This document shows, piece by piece, positions 19,890 through 31,240 of a stretch of 64,000 bases of DNA. The notes below the pieces were generated by a model. That model did no database searches. It saw only the letters and a program-made list of their open reading frames with translations, and was not told the DNA's origin. Position numbers and translations under genes: made by a program. This stretch comes from Gemmatales bacterium (GTDB lineage: Bacteria; Planctomycetota; Planctomycetia; Gemmatales; HRBIN36), in contig JBEPZY010000006.1 in NCBI GenBank assembly GCA_041640595.1, positions 128,001-192,000 of the forward strand, in the 5' to 3' direction. Every line of letters starts with the position of its first letter. Position 1 is the stretch's first letter.

Positions 19890-20756
19890 TTACGGCAGGG
19901 TAATGTCCACTTTGACTTCTTCGTCCGCTTTGAGCGTCAGGTCCTGCACTTTCTTGGATTTTCCAAGTTTCTCGTGCCAGACCCAGAGTTCCAGTTTGCC
20001 GTCTTTCGGTACGATGACGTGAGGAATGCGGTACTGCCCATCCTTATCACTTACCGCTGCGTAAGGATGACTGAATTTCCAGATATAGGCTTTCATAAAT
20101 CCGCTGTGAATGCCGCAGGTAACCGTGCGTGGTTCACGGTCATTGGCAGGAACATCCAGCTCTCGGTTTTCCCCGGGTTTGAGCCGCACGGGTTGCAGTC
20201 CGGAAATGTTCGAGTCATGGTCAATAGGCTTGTGCCCCTTGTCACTGTCATTCCAGACGCGGAGTTTGGAATCCGGAGGCAATAGTAGGACACGCGGCTC
20301 AAACTGACAGCTCGGCTGACGTAAATCAACAAATTCCGGCCCCTTCTCGGGACGTTCCAATTTTTCGAGCGGAGGCATGCGGTAACCGGTGGCCGGTCGC
20401 ACGTAGACTACCGCATACCGGACGCCTTTCTTGTCGCTGGATTCATCCACATACCAGCCTTCGCCCGGCACCTCTTTAGGGCAATCGCCCTTGTCCTCCA
20501 GCTTTGTGGGAACAAAAACCACTTTTGCTTCCGCTTCCGGCCCGGTGTAGGTGACGCGACCAACGATCGCCTTGGCATAGCCCGCGGGCTCAATGGTAGT
20601 GACTTTAGGTGGTTGCGGTTTATCCGAGGTGCCAGCCGGTGCCTCTGTTTTCGCACCGGGTTTGCTTCCCCCGCCACATCCGGCCAGAATGACACCAAGT
20701 GCCAGTAAGCCGGTCACACGAGCCAGCATCGTTGCGGATGTTCGAGTCATGAGCAT
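19890..20756 (-). CDS. Lipoprotein with cupredoxin-like and carboxypeptidase-regulatory-like domains
   Basis: Lipobox LAGC; C.F.P.V, HDS, CGIHSGFM, HPYAAVSD..G.Y.I, VWHE. Confidence 0.7.
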   Translation of the reverse strand: MLMTRTSATMLARVTGLLALGVILAGCGGGSKPGAKTEAPAGTSDKPQPPKVTTIEPAGYAKAIVGRVTYTGPEAEAKVVFVPTKLEDKGDCPKEVPGEGWYVDESSDKKGVRYAVVYVRPATGYRMPPLEKLERPEKGPEFVDLRQPSCQFEPRVLLLPPDSKLRVWNDSDKGHKPIDHDSNISGLQPVRLKPGENRELDVPANDREPRTVTCGIHSGFMKAYIWKFSHPYAAVSDKDGQYRIPHVIVPKDGKLELWVWHEKLGKSKKVQDLTLKADEEVKVDITLP

Positions 20757-20797
20757 TCACTCCTTCGGATGGCGTTGCGATATGTCCCAGTGTGCGA

Positions 20798-21598
20798 TTA
20801 TTGCGCAGGCTTGATTTCAATCTTACCCAGGTCGGTAGTCTGGCCAGCTTTGATGTCAATGGGTTTACCATCGCGGCCAGCCGCCCCGCCGAGGTAGCCG
20901 ATCGCTTCATGCCAGATGACCAGGTTCCAGGTACCGGCCGGGGCATTCTTGATCGTGAAATGGCCAGTTTCATCAGTTACAGCGAAGTACGGATGGTCGA
21001 ACATCCACAGATAAGCCCGCATCCAGGGATGTGCGCCACAGCTTATAGGCAATGGACGGTAAGTCTCCGGCTGCAGTTCAAAAACGTGACGCTGCCCTGG
21101 CGGAATCTGAATATTGAAGTTGTTGCGGAATCCCGTGATCACCACATTGTGGGCGATGGTCATGGGATTGTTGGCCACAAGCTTCTGTCCCGCCCTCATG
21201 GTAACCACATGCGGATCAAACGCGCAGGTTGGCTGATCGAGGATAACGGTATCGCTGGCCGGTTTTTGCAGAGCCGGATGCACCGGTATTGTTTGCCCCT
21301 TGGCCGGTTTGAGAAAAATCACCGCCCAACGGACGCCGCGAGTTTTCGGATCAACAACCCACTGCTCGGTCAACGGATTGCCTTTCGCCAGGCAGGCAGG
21401 CTCTTTGACATCAGGAATGGGCTGACGTTGGGGTATCGGTTCGCCGCCGTAAACGACTTGCCCGGTGACGTTACCCCAACCCTCTTGCAGGTTTGCACTG
21501 GCCAAGGGCAAGGATTGGCCCAAATACATCGCGGCTGAAACTGCGGATGCAGCTGCGGCAAAAAGTATCTGCCAGTATATTCGGCCGTAATGATTCAT
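20798..21598 (-). CDS. Exported cupredoxin-like / carboxypeptidase-regulatory-like domain protein (paralog of the neighbouring gene)
   Basis: GGAGG RBS before MNHYG; CAFDPHV, HNV, CGAHPWM, HPYFAVTD..G.F.I, IWHE. Confidence 0.75.
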   Translation of the reverse strand: MNHYGRIYWQILFAAAASAVSAAMYLGQSLPLASANLQEGWGNVTGQVVYGGEPIPQRQPIPDVKEPACLAKGNPLTEQWVVDPKTRGVRWAVIFLKPAKGQTIPVHPALQKPASDTVILDQPTCAFDPHVVTMRAGQKLVANNPMTIAHNVVITGFRNNFNIQIPPGQRHVFELQPETYRPLPISCGAHPWMRAYLWMFDHPYFAVTDETGHFTIKNAPAGTWNLVIWHEAIGYLGGAAGRDGKPIDIKAGQTTDLGKIEIKPAQ

Positions 21599-21644
21599 AG
21601 TTTTCCTCCGTCGCGTGCTGAGCGAAATCCCAAGTTTTACAGGG

Positions 21645-24600
21645 TCACGGTTTTTGCGGTGGGGAGCCATTGCGGAGAGTAAATCGTGGCGGGCCAGCTT
21701 CGATGGCACGCGGAGGTGGCTGCTCCAAAAATCCCCAGCTCATCACGGCATCGCGCACGGCACGCACTCGACCGATAGGCGAGAGCAGCCACGATTCCAG
21801 GGCATTGTATCCCAGACCGCTTCCGAGGGCATCCAGTGCCTGGCGGTTTTCGCCATCGCGAACCAGCGCTTCTGCTATGGGATAGGCGGGATCGTTGGGG
21901 AAATAGGCCGGCATGCTTGTATAGGGCAAAAATCGCCGCGGATTGGCCACCCAGCGTTCCACATAGTCCGGCCGTAACCGATACGGTGCCAGCGACAAAT
22001 CGGGGCCCATGCTTTCCGGATTAGTGTTCGTGGTGGGGATGCGCCCGATATTGTGGCAGTTCAAGCATAGGCTGCGATGTGTCAACAACTGCCAGCCAGT
22101 GGCGAAATAATCCTGACGCTCGGCCGGCAAGCGATCGCTCTGCCCTGCTGGGGAACCTTTCGCCGACAGTGCCCGTTCCAGCAGTCGGCGGTAATGTTGG
22201 CGCAACTGTGCTTGTTCCGACGGGTCGCGTTGCGGCGGTAAGGCAGCGACATAATCCAGACCAAGCTGCGGGTTGTTAATTCGGTCCACCGCAATGAAGT
22301 AATTGACCAGTGCCTGGCGTTCTTCCAAACTCAAATCGAAAACCGGCATCCGGACGAAATGGGCCACCGGCGGCCGCATCGGATACGGTTGCCGCAGGAA
22401 TTCCAGCAACCAGTCCGGTTGCACTTTTTGCCCTTCCCGCAACAGAGGCGGTGGAACACTGCTGAGAATCCGCGTGCGGTCGCTGCTCAGGCGCAACTGC
22501 TGCGGTGTGCCGACCAGTGCCGGTCGTGTCTGCAAGCGTGCCAGGATTTCGGCGAACTGACCACCGTACACCGGTACGATGTCCTGATGCGAATCTGCGC
22601 CGATGGGTATTTCCAACCTCTCCCCTGCCGGTATGGTCATGACACTGCCATCTGCCTGTCGGAATCGAAACGCCTCGTACAGCTCCAGGCCCACCAGCGT
22701 TTGATTGTCCTCGGTAATCTTCTCCTCGAGCCAGATGGGTAAGCCAAAAGCTATGCCGGGTCTCGTCTCCGAATAAACCGGTCCGTTCGACTTGGCCCAG
22801 GCATTATGCTCGAGGAAGGAGAAATCGGCACGGAGATTGGCATGTTGCGGCGTCCAGGTTTTGCGGAGCGCCTCCAGAACCGATTCTCCTCCGACAGTCG
22901 CCTCGGGTCGAATTACAAAACGACCCGGTTTGGCGATGTGGCAGCCAATGCAGTTATAGCGCTCCATCAATTCCGTGCCACGAATTTCGTTGTAGCGATC
23001 CTGACTGGGGTGATGCACGAATTTTTGGGGGATAGGTTCGGCGGTCAGGCCCAGGATGAAGGTCATGACCGCCTCGATAGCCTGCTCTTCTTCACGAAAG
23101 GCGCGTTTTCGGTAGGCCTCGATGATTTTCGCATTTTCCGGGTCGTCTGGATTTTGCAAGGCTTCCATTTCCTGTTGCGTGGGCCGGGCCACGGAGAATC
23201 GGAATTGCGGCATGCGCAGGCGCTCTTCATAGGGCCGATCTTTGAGCCGACCGTAATCGTAACTGCGCGGCTCACGCAGTTTCTGGTAGAGGAAACCTTC
23301 ACGCCGCCCCATCATCACGGCGTCTTCATAGAACGGGTCATAATGGAAGAATTCGGGGTTTTTCGGAGTCATGTTATCCGCTTTTGCAGAGCCATGCGTG
23401 CTGTTCGCGGCATGAGCCTGGCTCCGCGTCAGGTGGAAATGCTTGTGCAAATAGGAGGCGATTTGCTCGAAGGCGAGCTGTTCCGGGTCTTTCTTGCCCC
23501 AGTCATTAAGTGGCGTGCCGATGGGTTTGGCTTGCTCGAAACCCGGAATGTCGTGGCAACCGTAGCACCCATAGCGAGCGATCGTCTTGCGACCGAGATA
23601 CCATTGCAACCTGGATTTCGGATCGGCCCCACGCCACGGGGAATCCTTAGGAAGCTCCGCATCGCTCAGCAGGGCCCATTCGTCCGCGTCGGGGCGTAAT
23701 CCCGCCAGATCGTCCCGCTGGAAGGCAGCTTTCAGGCCGCGTTCCACACTGGCTCGCGCCAACGATTTGTTGCCCTCCAGATACATGCGGACCAGGCTTT
23801 GCAAGGCCTTTTCGTCGGCCTGAACCGTAACGTGGTCCCACAACAAAGCCCCGTCGGCGTGCAGTGCCGGCCGAGTGTCATCGCTCAACAACCAGGCGAT
23901 GATGTCCACCTTCTCCTTAGCCTCCGCCAGCGGGTCTTTGGGATCGCTGCGGAATTGCGGTTTGGGCATACGTGTCCGGGGCGAATACGCCTTGGGATCG
24001 GTGAGCCAGTTATACAACCATTTTGCTGCTTCCGGATTGCCGGCAAATTTGGCTTTCAACTGGGTCAGATTTGGTCCGTAATCGCTGTCGGTGACGAGTC
24101 GGCCATCTTCGTTATAGACCCGCAGGCTGGGCTTGTCGTGCGTATGGCAGGCCAGACAGCCACGCAAGGCGAAGAGTTTCTCACCATTGGCGGCGTCGGG
24201 CTTGTAGTTGCCCAGTTCAGGCGGTGGATAAGGTTTCTTGTGTCCGGCTTCGCCCAGAGGATACGGCATCTTTTCCAGGTATTGCCGACTGTGCTCCAGC
24301 AGCCGCAAACGTTCCTGCACTTCCAGGTAAACTGGCCGGACCTGTTTCCTGTGCAGACGCTTGTAAAGCCCAGGATCGTTGCTGGCCAGCAATCGGTTTA
24401 CCAGTTCCTTTGCCGGTAACGCTTCGGGAAGTTCCGGATCATAACGGTCTGCACCATCGGCGACACCAGCCAGGGCACGTTGCAGTTCACGCAACTTGGC
24501 TTCCTGGTGGCCAGCCTGATGCGCCTGTAAGAGCAAACTTTCGTAACGGCGGCTCTCGAAAAACAGGTAAAACGTCATCGCCTCGATTTCCGCGTCCGGA

Positions 24601-26258
24601 TAACCACGTTCCTTTTCCGGTAACAGGCTCTCATCGTTCGGCTGGTAATCAGAAAGGCCGGTCGGTGTGTTGTTATGCTGGCCGAAGAAATGGGGCATGC
24701 GCGTGTCATACCGGAAAGAACGCGGCGAGCGAATCCAGCGGGCGACCCAGTCGGGCGACAATTTGGTATGGATGAGTCGCAATCCCGGCCCAACTTTGCG
24801 CAAGGTTCCCGGCGGTTCGCTCAGGGTGCTGAGCAGATAGCTTCGCTCCGCGGCAGGCAATTCTTCCAGCGGCGGATATGGCTCCAGACGCAAATCGGGA
24901 CCGACACGGCGACCGGACTTGTAGCCGCTAATTTCATGGCAACCAAAACAACCCAGCTCACGCACCAGGCGATATCCCTGCAGCAGTTTCGGAGCTTCCT
25001 CGCGGCCATCGCTACGCTTCAATGACATGACCTCATGATGACACTTCAGGCAACTCGCCTCAATGAACCGCATGGGCACCATGGGATAATCCCAGAGAAA
25101 ATTCGGATGCAGGCTCGGATGCCAGTGATAATCCTCCTCCCAGCGGCGGAATTTGTCAGCGTAAGTTTCCTGGCGATTGCCATCGGTTTTGCCGGCATCG
25201 GGAAAGTGATACGCGAAGTTGAACGAAGTTGAGCCGCCCTGGCCAGAATGGCAAATGGTGCAGCCGAACTTCTCCACCGGATGCGGACTATTCGAGCCGA
25301 CAAATAAATCCAGCCGCGGATGATTGCAGAGCACGGCGATCTCTGCCGCCGACAATTTGGACTCGGTGAGCGAGGCCAACCGGGATTTCTCGAAACCCAG
25401 TCGATCTATGTTGGTGTGGCAGCTGGCACAGCGATCAACCCGCTGCACCTGCTTGAAGTTGTAATCAATCAGCAAGCCGTCCGGCACGTCCTGACGAATC
25501 TTGAACGGCGAAGCAAAGGCATCCAGAATCGGCAAGGCACGGATACGGGCATAGACATCCAGTTGCCGCTGTTCCTGCAGTCGAGTGAGACGGTCATATT
25601 CGCGGAGATTGGCCTCCAGCTGACTGTACACCCGTTGCAAGGGTTCGCGCTGTTGAGCGATTTCCGCCTCCGCCTGTTCGATCTGGCGCTGCAGGCGGTC
25701 GAGTTCCTCTTCCATTCGGGTGATTTCCGCCTGTTTGTCGCGGACGCGCTGTTCCAGCTCCTCCACAACTGCCGTAGATAAACCCTGAGCGTAAGCGGCA
25801 TCACGCTGGCTGATGATGGAGTCGCGGATAGCCTTTTGCTCATTGATAGTGATACGCAGTCGGAAAGCTCTTTCCCGCACGCCTTCCTGTTCGAGTTTAC
25901 GGCGAATCTCACGGATGCGATCGTTTTCGGCCGTGTTCACAATCTGCTTGGCCTGAGCGAGAAAATCTTTGGGCGGCAACTCACCGCTGATGGCAACGCC
26001 GTAAAACTCCCGGGCTTTGTCTAAAAACTGCTCCTTCAAACGTTCATACTCCTGCTGATTGCGCTGGAAGTCCGCCTTGGCCTGCTGCTCAAGCAGTTCG
26101 ACTTCGATCTGGCGGCTGCGACGTTGCCAGTGCTTCCACTCGCGGCGATGGTCCACGGCTAGCATGACCAGCGTCGCGATCAGCAATCCCAAACACGACA
26201 GGCCGAAGATAATGTCGAGTTTCCGCAAATCGCGGTAAGTTTGATCCAGGGCAGCCAT
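21645..26258 (-). CDS. Giant membrane-anchored multiheme cytochrome c (8 CxxCH) associated with the Rieske/cytochrome b complex
   Basis: N-terminal TM and coiled coil; CASCH, CTICH, CLKCH, CFGCH, CLACH, CYGCH, CIGCH, CLNCH; several GP.L...MP class I cytochrome c signatures. Confidence 0.9.
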   Translation of the reverse strand: MAALDQTYRDLRKLDIIFGLSCLGLLIATLVMLAVDHRREWKHWQRRSRQIEVELLEQQAKADFQRNQQEYERLKEQFLDKAREFYGVAISGELPPKDFLAQAKQIVNTAENDRIREIRRKLEQEGVRERAFRLRITINEQKAIRDSIISQRDAAYAQGLSTAVVEELEQRVRDKQAEITRMEEELDRLQRQIEQAEAEIAQQREPLQRVYSQLEANLREYDRLTRLQEQRQLDVYARIRALPILDAFASPFKIRQDVPDGLLIDYNFKQVQRVDRCASCHTNIDRLGFEKSRLASLTESKLSAAEIAVLCNHPRLDLFVGSNSPHPVEKFGCTICHSGQGGSTSFNFAYHFPDAGKTDGNRQETYADKFRRWEEDYHWHPSLHPNFLWDYPMVPMRFIEASCLKCHHEVMSLKRSDGREEAPKLLQGYRLVRELGCFGCHEISGYKSGRRVGPDLRLEPYPPLEELPAAERSYLLSTLSEPPGTLRKVGPGLRLIHTKLSPDWVARWIRSPRSFRYDTRMPHFFGQHNNTPTGLSDYQPNDESLLPEKERGYPDAEIEAMTFYLFFESRRYESLLLQAHQAGHQEAKLRELQRALAGVADGADRYDPELPEALPAKELVNRLLASNDPGLYKRLHRKQVRPVYLEVQERLRLLEHSRQYLEKMPYPLGEAGHKKPYPPPELGNYKPDAANGEKLFALRGCLACHTHDKPSLRVYNEDGRLVTDSDYGPNLTQLKAKFAGNPEAAKWLYNWLTDPKAYSPRTRMPKPQFRSDPKDPLAEAKEKVDIIAWLLSDDTRPALHADGALLWDHVTVQADEKALQSLVRMYLEGNKSLARASVERGLKAAFQRDDLAGLRPDADEWALLSDAELPKDSPWRGADPKSRLQWYLGRKTIARYGCYGCHDIPGFEQAKPIGTPLNDWGKKDPEQLAFEQIASYLHKHFHLTRSQAHAANSTHGSAKADNMTPKNPEFFHYDPFYEDAVMMGRREGFLYQKLREPRSYDYGRLKDRPYEERLRMPQFRFSVARPTQQEMEALQNPDDPENAKIIEAYRKRAFREEEQAIEAVMTFILGLTAEPIPQKFVHHPSQDRYNEIRGTELMERYNCIGCHIAKPGRFVIRPEATVGGESVLEALRKTWTPQHANLRADFSFLEHNAWAKSNGPVYSETRPGIAFGLPIWLEEKITEDNQTLVGLELYEAFRFRQADGSVMTIPAGERLEIPIGADSHQDIVPVYGGQFAEILARLQTRPALVGTPQQLRLSSDRTRILSSVPPPLLREGQKVQPDWLLEFLRQPYPMRPPVAHFVRMPVFDLSLEERQALVNYFIAVDRINNPQLGLDYVAALPPQRDPSEQAQLRQHYRRLLERALSAKGSPAGQSDRLPAERQDYFATGWQLLTHRSLCLNCHNIGRIPTTNTNPESMGPDLSLAPYRLRPDYVERWVANPRRFLPYTSMPAYFPNDPAYPIAEALVRDGENRQALDALGSGLGYNALESWLLSPIGRVRAVRDAVMSWGFLEQPPPRAIEAGPPRFTLRNGSPPQKP

Positions 26259-26420
26259 AGTGTTCCCTCACGGGACTGCCAGCGACCCGCTTTCGCTGGT
26301 AGAGTGAATCAGGCCAGCTGGCAGCCAGTCCGATGCGCGGCAGACTTGCGTTTGCCGCAGGTGCAGAGCGTATCGGGTTTCCGCAGCGGGATGAATTTCT
26401 CCGTTCCCCCGACAATACGC

Positions 26421-28052
26421 TCAGATGTTGAAGAAGTATTCGGGAATGCCGATGATGTATTTCAGGTTGAAAGCCCAGCGCAGGATCATCTTGATCGGCA
26501 ACGCTGCCATCACCAGAAGCAGATTCACCATCACGAAGTAACGGGCGAACCCCATCCGTATGAAGAACTGTCGGAAGATCGTTTTCGCCAAAAGCGGGGG
26601 TAATACCAGGAAGTATAACAGCACCAGCACGATGCCGGGCAATTCTCGCATGAGAATCACGCCACCGCTTGCCGGGCTCGGCCAAACAATGTTCAGCATC
26701 CGCACCCAGAAGTACTCCGACAAATCCACGTTGTTGAGCGGGACGAGCTTGCTTTTTGTCCAGGTTTCGAACGGGCCAAAGAAGTTCCAGTTCGGCCCAC
26801 GCAGGAAAGTGCCCAGGAAAATCAGGGTTACCCACAGCACGATAAATCCGAAACCAAATGTTACGATGGCAAACGGCCGCTCAGCAAACGTGAAATAGCC
26901 GTTCCCCTTCTGGTTGAAATCAATGTACGGAATAGCCATCAACCCAAAGATGATCAGCGATGGAAAAACCACCCCGGCTAACCACGGATCGTAGTAAACC
27001 AGCATCTCCTGCAAACCAAGGAAATACCACGGTGCCTTGGACGGGTTCGGCGTTTTTGCACTGGCAGCCGGCTGTTCCAGGGGAGCTGGCAAACCCACCG
27101 ACCAGATGATCAGCACTACCGTCACGATCACCATGCAGATGAGCTCGGTGTAAACCAGGTCCGGCCAAACCAGCACTTTTTCCTCTTCCAGCTTTTCCAG
27201 CGTGGGCAATCCCTGAGCGGTACGCTGATCGTTGATGACCGCGCGGCGCAACGCAAACCAGCTGAAAAATCCCACCAGGTACACCATGCCGACAATGGGC
27301 ACGTTGTCGGGCTTGATAATGATCTGGCGAAAATCGTAGTCGGTCATGCCCAGGCCACCGAGCACCAGCGAGGCTATGAGCAACGCCCACCCGACATTGA
27401 GCCGTGTCAGCTTCTCTCGCCATAAGTAAAACGCCCCGAAAATACCGACGGACAGGAAGAAGTAATTGACCGGTCCCAACCCGTCGAGAATGAGCGACGA
27501 AAAGCTCACCAGCAGCAACCAGGTCGTCAGCCGCCGCAGTGCATCCATGCCGAACAGCACCGCTCCAAAGAAACGGTTTGCCAGGGCTTGCGTCTGACTG
27601 CCAGCCGCAACCAGAACCGCATCGAGAATCAACGCCACTAACGCCACCCAGTACACCACGATCAGCGGCAGACGAATGGCCAGGTTAACCGTGCCCACCA
27701 GGCCGAGAGTTTCCAGGCCGCGCCGCAATCCAGCGTCCACAGTGTTACGAATCCACAAGGGCAGAGTCGGGCCCAGACCGACGAAATAAATCAACGCCAA
27801 CACAGCGAGCAGACCGCTGACCGCCCACCACAAGCGTGCTGCTCGCCGGGCCAACTCTGGCGAGCGCTCCCCCGGCAAGGCATCCATCGCTTCGTCGCTG
27901 GCCAGATCAGGCGAGGCTTGCCGTGATCGCTTTTGCCAGTACCAGGCGAAGCCGGCATTGCACACAGCCAGGATGGCATAAAACCAGCCCAGTCCAGTCT
28001 GGACAGACGCAGTAATATCCGGCCCCGAATGGGCCATCGCCGCCAGAATCAT
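26421..28052 (-). CDS. Cytochrome b C-terminal (subunit IV/PetD/QcrC-like) protein with long polytopic N-terminal extension
   Basis: VWPDL, PL..PA....TP...KAPWYFLG (PEWY-equivalent), ERP motif. Confidence 0.88.
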   Translation of the reverse strand: MILAAMAHSGPDITASVQTGLGWFYAILAVCNAGFAWYWQKRSRQASPDLASDEAMDALPGERSPELARRAARLWWAVSGLLAVLALIYFVGLGPTLPLWIRNTVDAGLRRGLETLGLVGTVNLAIRLPLIVVYWVALVALILDAVLVAAGSQTQALANRFFGAVLFGMDALRRLTTWLLLVSFSSLILDGLGPVNYFFLSVGIFGAFYLWREKLTRLNVGWALLIASLVLGGLGMTDYDFRQIIIKPDNVPIVGMVYLVGFFSWFALRRAVINDQRTAQGLPTLEKLEEEKVLVWPDLVYTELICMVIVTVVLIIWSVGLPAPLEQPAASAKTPNPSKAPWYFLGLQEMLVYYDPWLAGVVFPSLIIFGLMAIPYIDFNQKGNGYFTFAERPFAIVTFGFGFIVLWVTLIFLGTFLRGPNWNFFGPFETWTKSKLVPLNNVDLSEYFWVRMLNIVWPSPASGGVILMRELPGIVLVLLYFLVLPPLLAKTIFRQFFIRMGFARYFVMVNLLLVMAALPIKMILRWAFNLKYIIGIPEYFFNI

Positions 28053-28139
28053 GGCTCGTATTCCCCGCTCTGCCGTCGTCTCGTTGCTCGCATGGAATTA
28101 GCCAGCTACATCGGTCAGGTGCGATGGCGCGGTGAACAC

Positions 28140-28910
28140 TTACAGCGGCCCGCTGATACCGCCATCTTTACGGACACGCCAGAAGTGAATGGCAATCAGA
28201 GTCGCCACCACCAGTGGAAACGCGATGCAGTGCAAAACGTAGAAACGCAGCAGAGTCATCTCGCCGACAAAGCGTTGGCCCAGAAGTAAATAACGGGCAT
28301 CGCTTCCCGAATGAATCAGGTAAGTGCCGACGTAGAGCAATTTCGCGCCCGGCCCTTCGTGGCCGAGGAACGGCGTGGCTCGCGCCATGTTGCTGCCGAC
28401 CGTGATCGCCCAGATCGCCAGCTGATCCCAGGGCAAGAGGTACCCCGTGAAGCTCAGAAGTAAAGTGAGCACCAGCAGGATCACGCCCACAACCCAGTTA
28501 AATTCCCGCGGCGGTTTGTAACTTCCTGTCAGGAACACGCGGTACATGTGCAGCCAGATGGTGATGACCATTGCGTGCGCACCCCAGCGGTGCATTTCCC
28601 GCAACACGCCCAGTGTTACCACCTGGCCCAGCGAAACAATGTCGTTGTAGGCATGTTCCAGCGTCGGGCGGTAGTAGAACATCAGCAGCACACCGGTCAC
28701 CGTCTCCACCAGGAACAGGAAGAACGTAATCCCGCCCATGCACCAGGTGTAGCTTAGAGCGATTCCCTGTTTGCGAATCGAGACCGGATGCAGGTGCAGG
28801 AAGAAATTGGTCAGCACCACCACGACGCGGTTACGCCGGTCGCGCGGTGCTGGATGACGGAAGATGCTTTTCCAGATTTGCGTATTGCGGATATATTCAC
28901 CGATAGCCAT
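28140..28910 (-). CDS. petB: Cytochrome b6-like (split cytochrome b N-terminal) subunit
   Basis: [13 protein letters not shown]...LH, REFNW, TGY.LPWDQ, LRFY.LH...H, GISGPL C-terminus. Confidence 0.95.
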   Translation of the reverse strand: MAIGEYIRNTQIWKSIFRHPAPRDRRNRVVVVLTNFFLHLHPVSIRKQGIALSYTWCMGGITFFLFLVETVTGVLLMFYYRPTLEHAYNDIVSLGQVVTLGVLREMHRWGAHAMVITIWLHMYRVFLTGSYKPPREFNWVVGVILLVLTLLLSFTGYLLPWDQLAIWAITVGSNMARATPFLGHEGPGAKLLYVGTYLIHSGSDARYLLLGQRFVGEMTLLRFYVLHCIAFPLVVATLIAIHFWRVRKDGGISGPL

Positions 28911-28960
28911 AGTTGCTCCAGTCGCAAGGGGCGCCAGTGATTATCCGAGCAGGCTGTGGC

Positions 28961-29524
28961 TTACGAGAACCGAATGGCTGCTTCCGGATCGTCCCACTGC
29001 CCGAGTTCCTTCTGGAATTTGCGGCTTTTGTCCACCAGGATTTGTCCATCGTCGGCCAGAACAATGCGGTAGCGTTCCAATGGCCGTGGTGCGGGCCCCT
29101 CGAAGTTCGTGCCATCTTTCATGAAGCCGCTACCGTGGCAGGGACATTTGAATTTCTGCTCGTTCTCTAACCAGTTGGGAGTACATCCGAGGTGCGTACA
29201 TACGGTACTGAGCGCGAAGATTTCTACGCCTTTGGGCGTGCGCAATCGCACGATCCACACCCCGTATTCTTCCTTAAACCGTTCCACCACTTTGTCGTCT
29301 TCGTACTGATCGGGGTAGCCTGCTTTGAAGCTCATGGGCGGTTCCATGGAGGCATTGGGAAACAGAAACCGCAACGTCCACAGGAACCAGGCGGTCATGG
29401 TGGCGGTGAAGGCAATCCAGGCGGTCTGGAACCAGCTCAGCAGAAACCAGCGTCGTGTCGGTTGTCCCGTGGTGGTCGGTTGTTTAGTAGCAGTCGCCGC
29501 TTGGCTCGGCGCTGACTGGCTCAT
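28961..29524 (-). CDS. Rieske 2Fe-2S subunit of the quinol:cytochrome c oxidoreductase
   Basis: Tat-like TRRWFL anchor; CTHLGC and CPCHGS boxes; GPAPRPL. Confidence 0.95.
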   Translation of the reverse strand: MSQSAPSQAATATKQPTTTGQPTRRWFLLSWFQTAWIAFTATMTAWFLWTLRFLFPNASMEPPMSFKAGYPDQYEDDKVVERFKEEYGVWIVRLRTPKGVEIFALSTVCTHLGCTPNWLENEQKFKCPCHGSGFMKDGTNFEGPAPRPLERYRIVLADDGQILVDKSRKFQKELGQWDDPEAAIRFS

Positions 29525-29761
29525 GTTTTCCTCCTCGGCCCGCTACACTCACGCACGCCGTCCGGCAGGGTCTCGAAGCGAAGGACTTGCTGAGTCTTAA
29601 TTCGTTGCCCGCCAGATACCATCAGGCTTGGACCAGCCAGATCGGCCAGGGAAGTGCGTGTAGCCTGGCGGAGCGTGCGGAAGACTGGAAATAGCTTTCC
29701 TGCAATCGTTCGCAATGTTTTAGTGGCACGCGGGCAAACGTCAATCCATAAAAATAAGCAT

Positions 29762-29778
29762 TAGCAAAAACGATGCCG
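29762..29778 (-). promoter_or_regulatory. Putative sigma54 (-24/-12) promoter of the Rieske/cytochrome b operon
   Basis: Minus strand CGGCATCGTTTTTGCTA, with exact GG-N10-GC spacing. Confidence 0.6.
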
Positions 29779-30148
29779 CCTTCAGTTCAGCTTGCATTCC
29801 CGCAAACGTCCTGTATGCAGCCCTTGCGAACTTCTGGCCCGTCTGCATTCGGGCAGGTAAATTGCGCCCGTTTATTGCCGTGCGACGACACCCGCGGGAT
29901 TCCGAAAATTGCGAATCGAGCACGACAGGTTTGCCATTCTCTGGAAGCAGCCGCGAACTTTTCTCTCCCTTCTCCCGTCAAACTCTCGGTATGCGGAAAT
30001 TTGCAGCTTCTCCGATTTCCTGTTAGCCAGCTTTGATCCTGGCGTCTGACAATTGGCAGGACCTGGAGACATGTGGATAGCCAGCGGCGGTTGCACAGGG
30101 ACACCGCCAGACACCGAGAGACGGCCAAACGTGGAGGGAGGTGAAACC

Positions 30149-31240
<1,092 letters not shown>

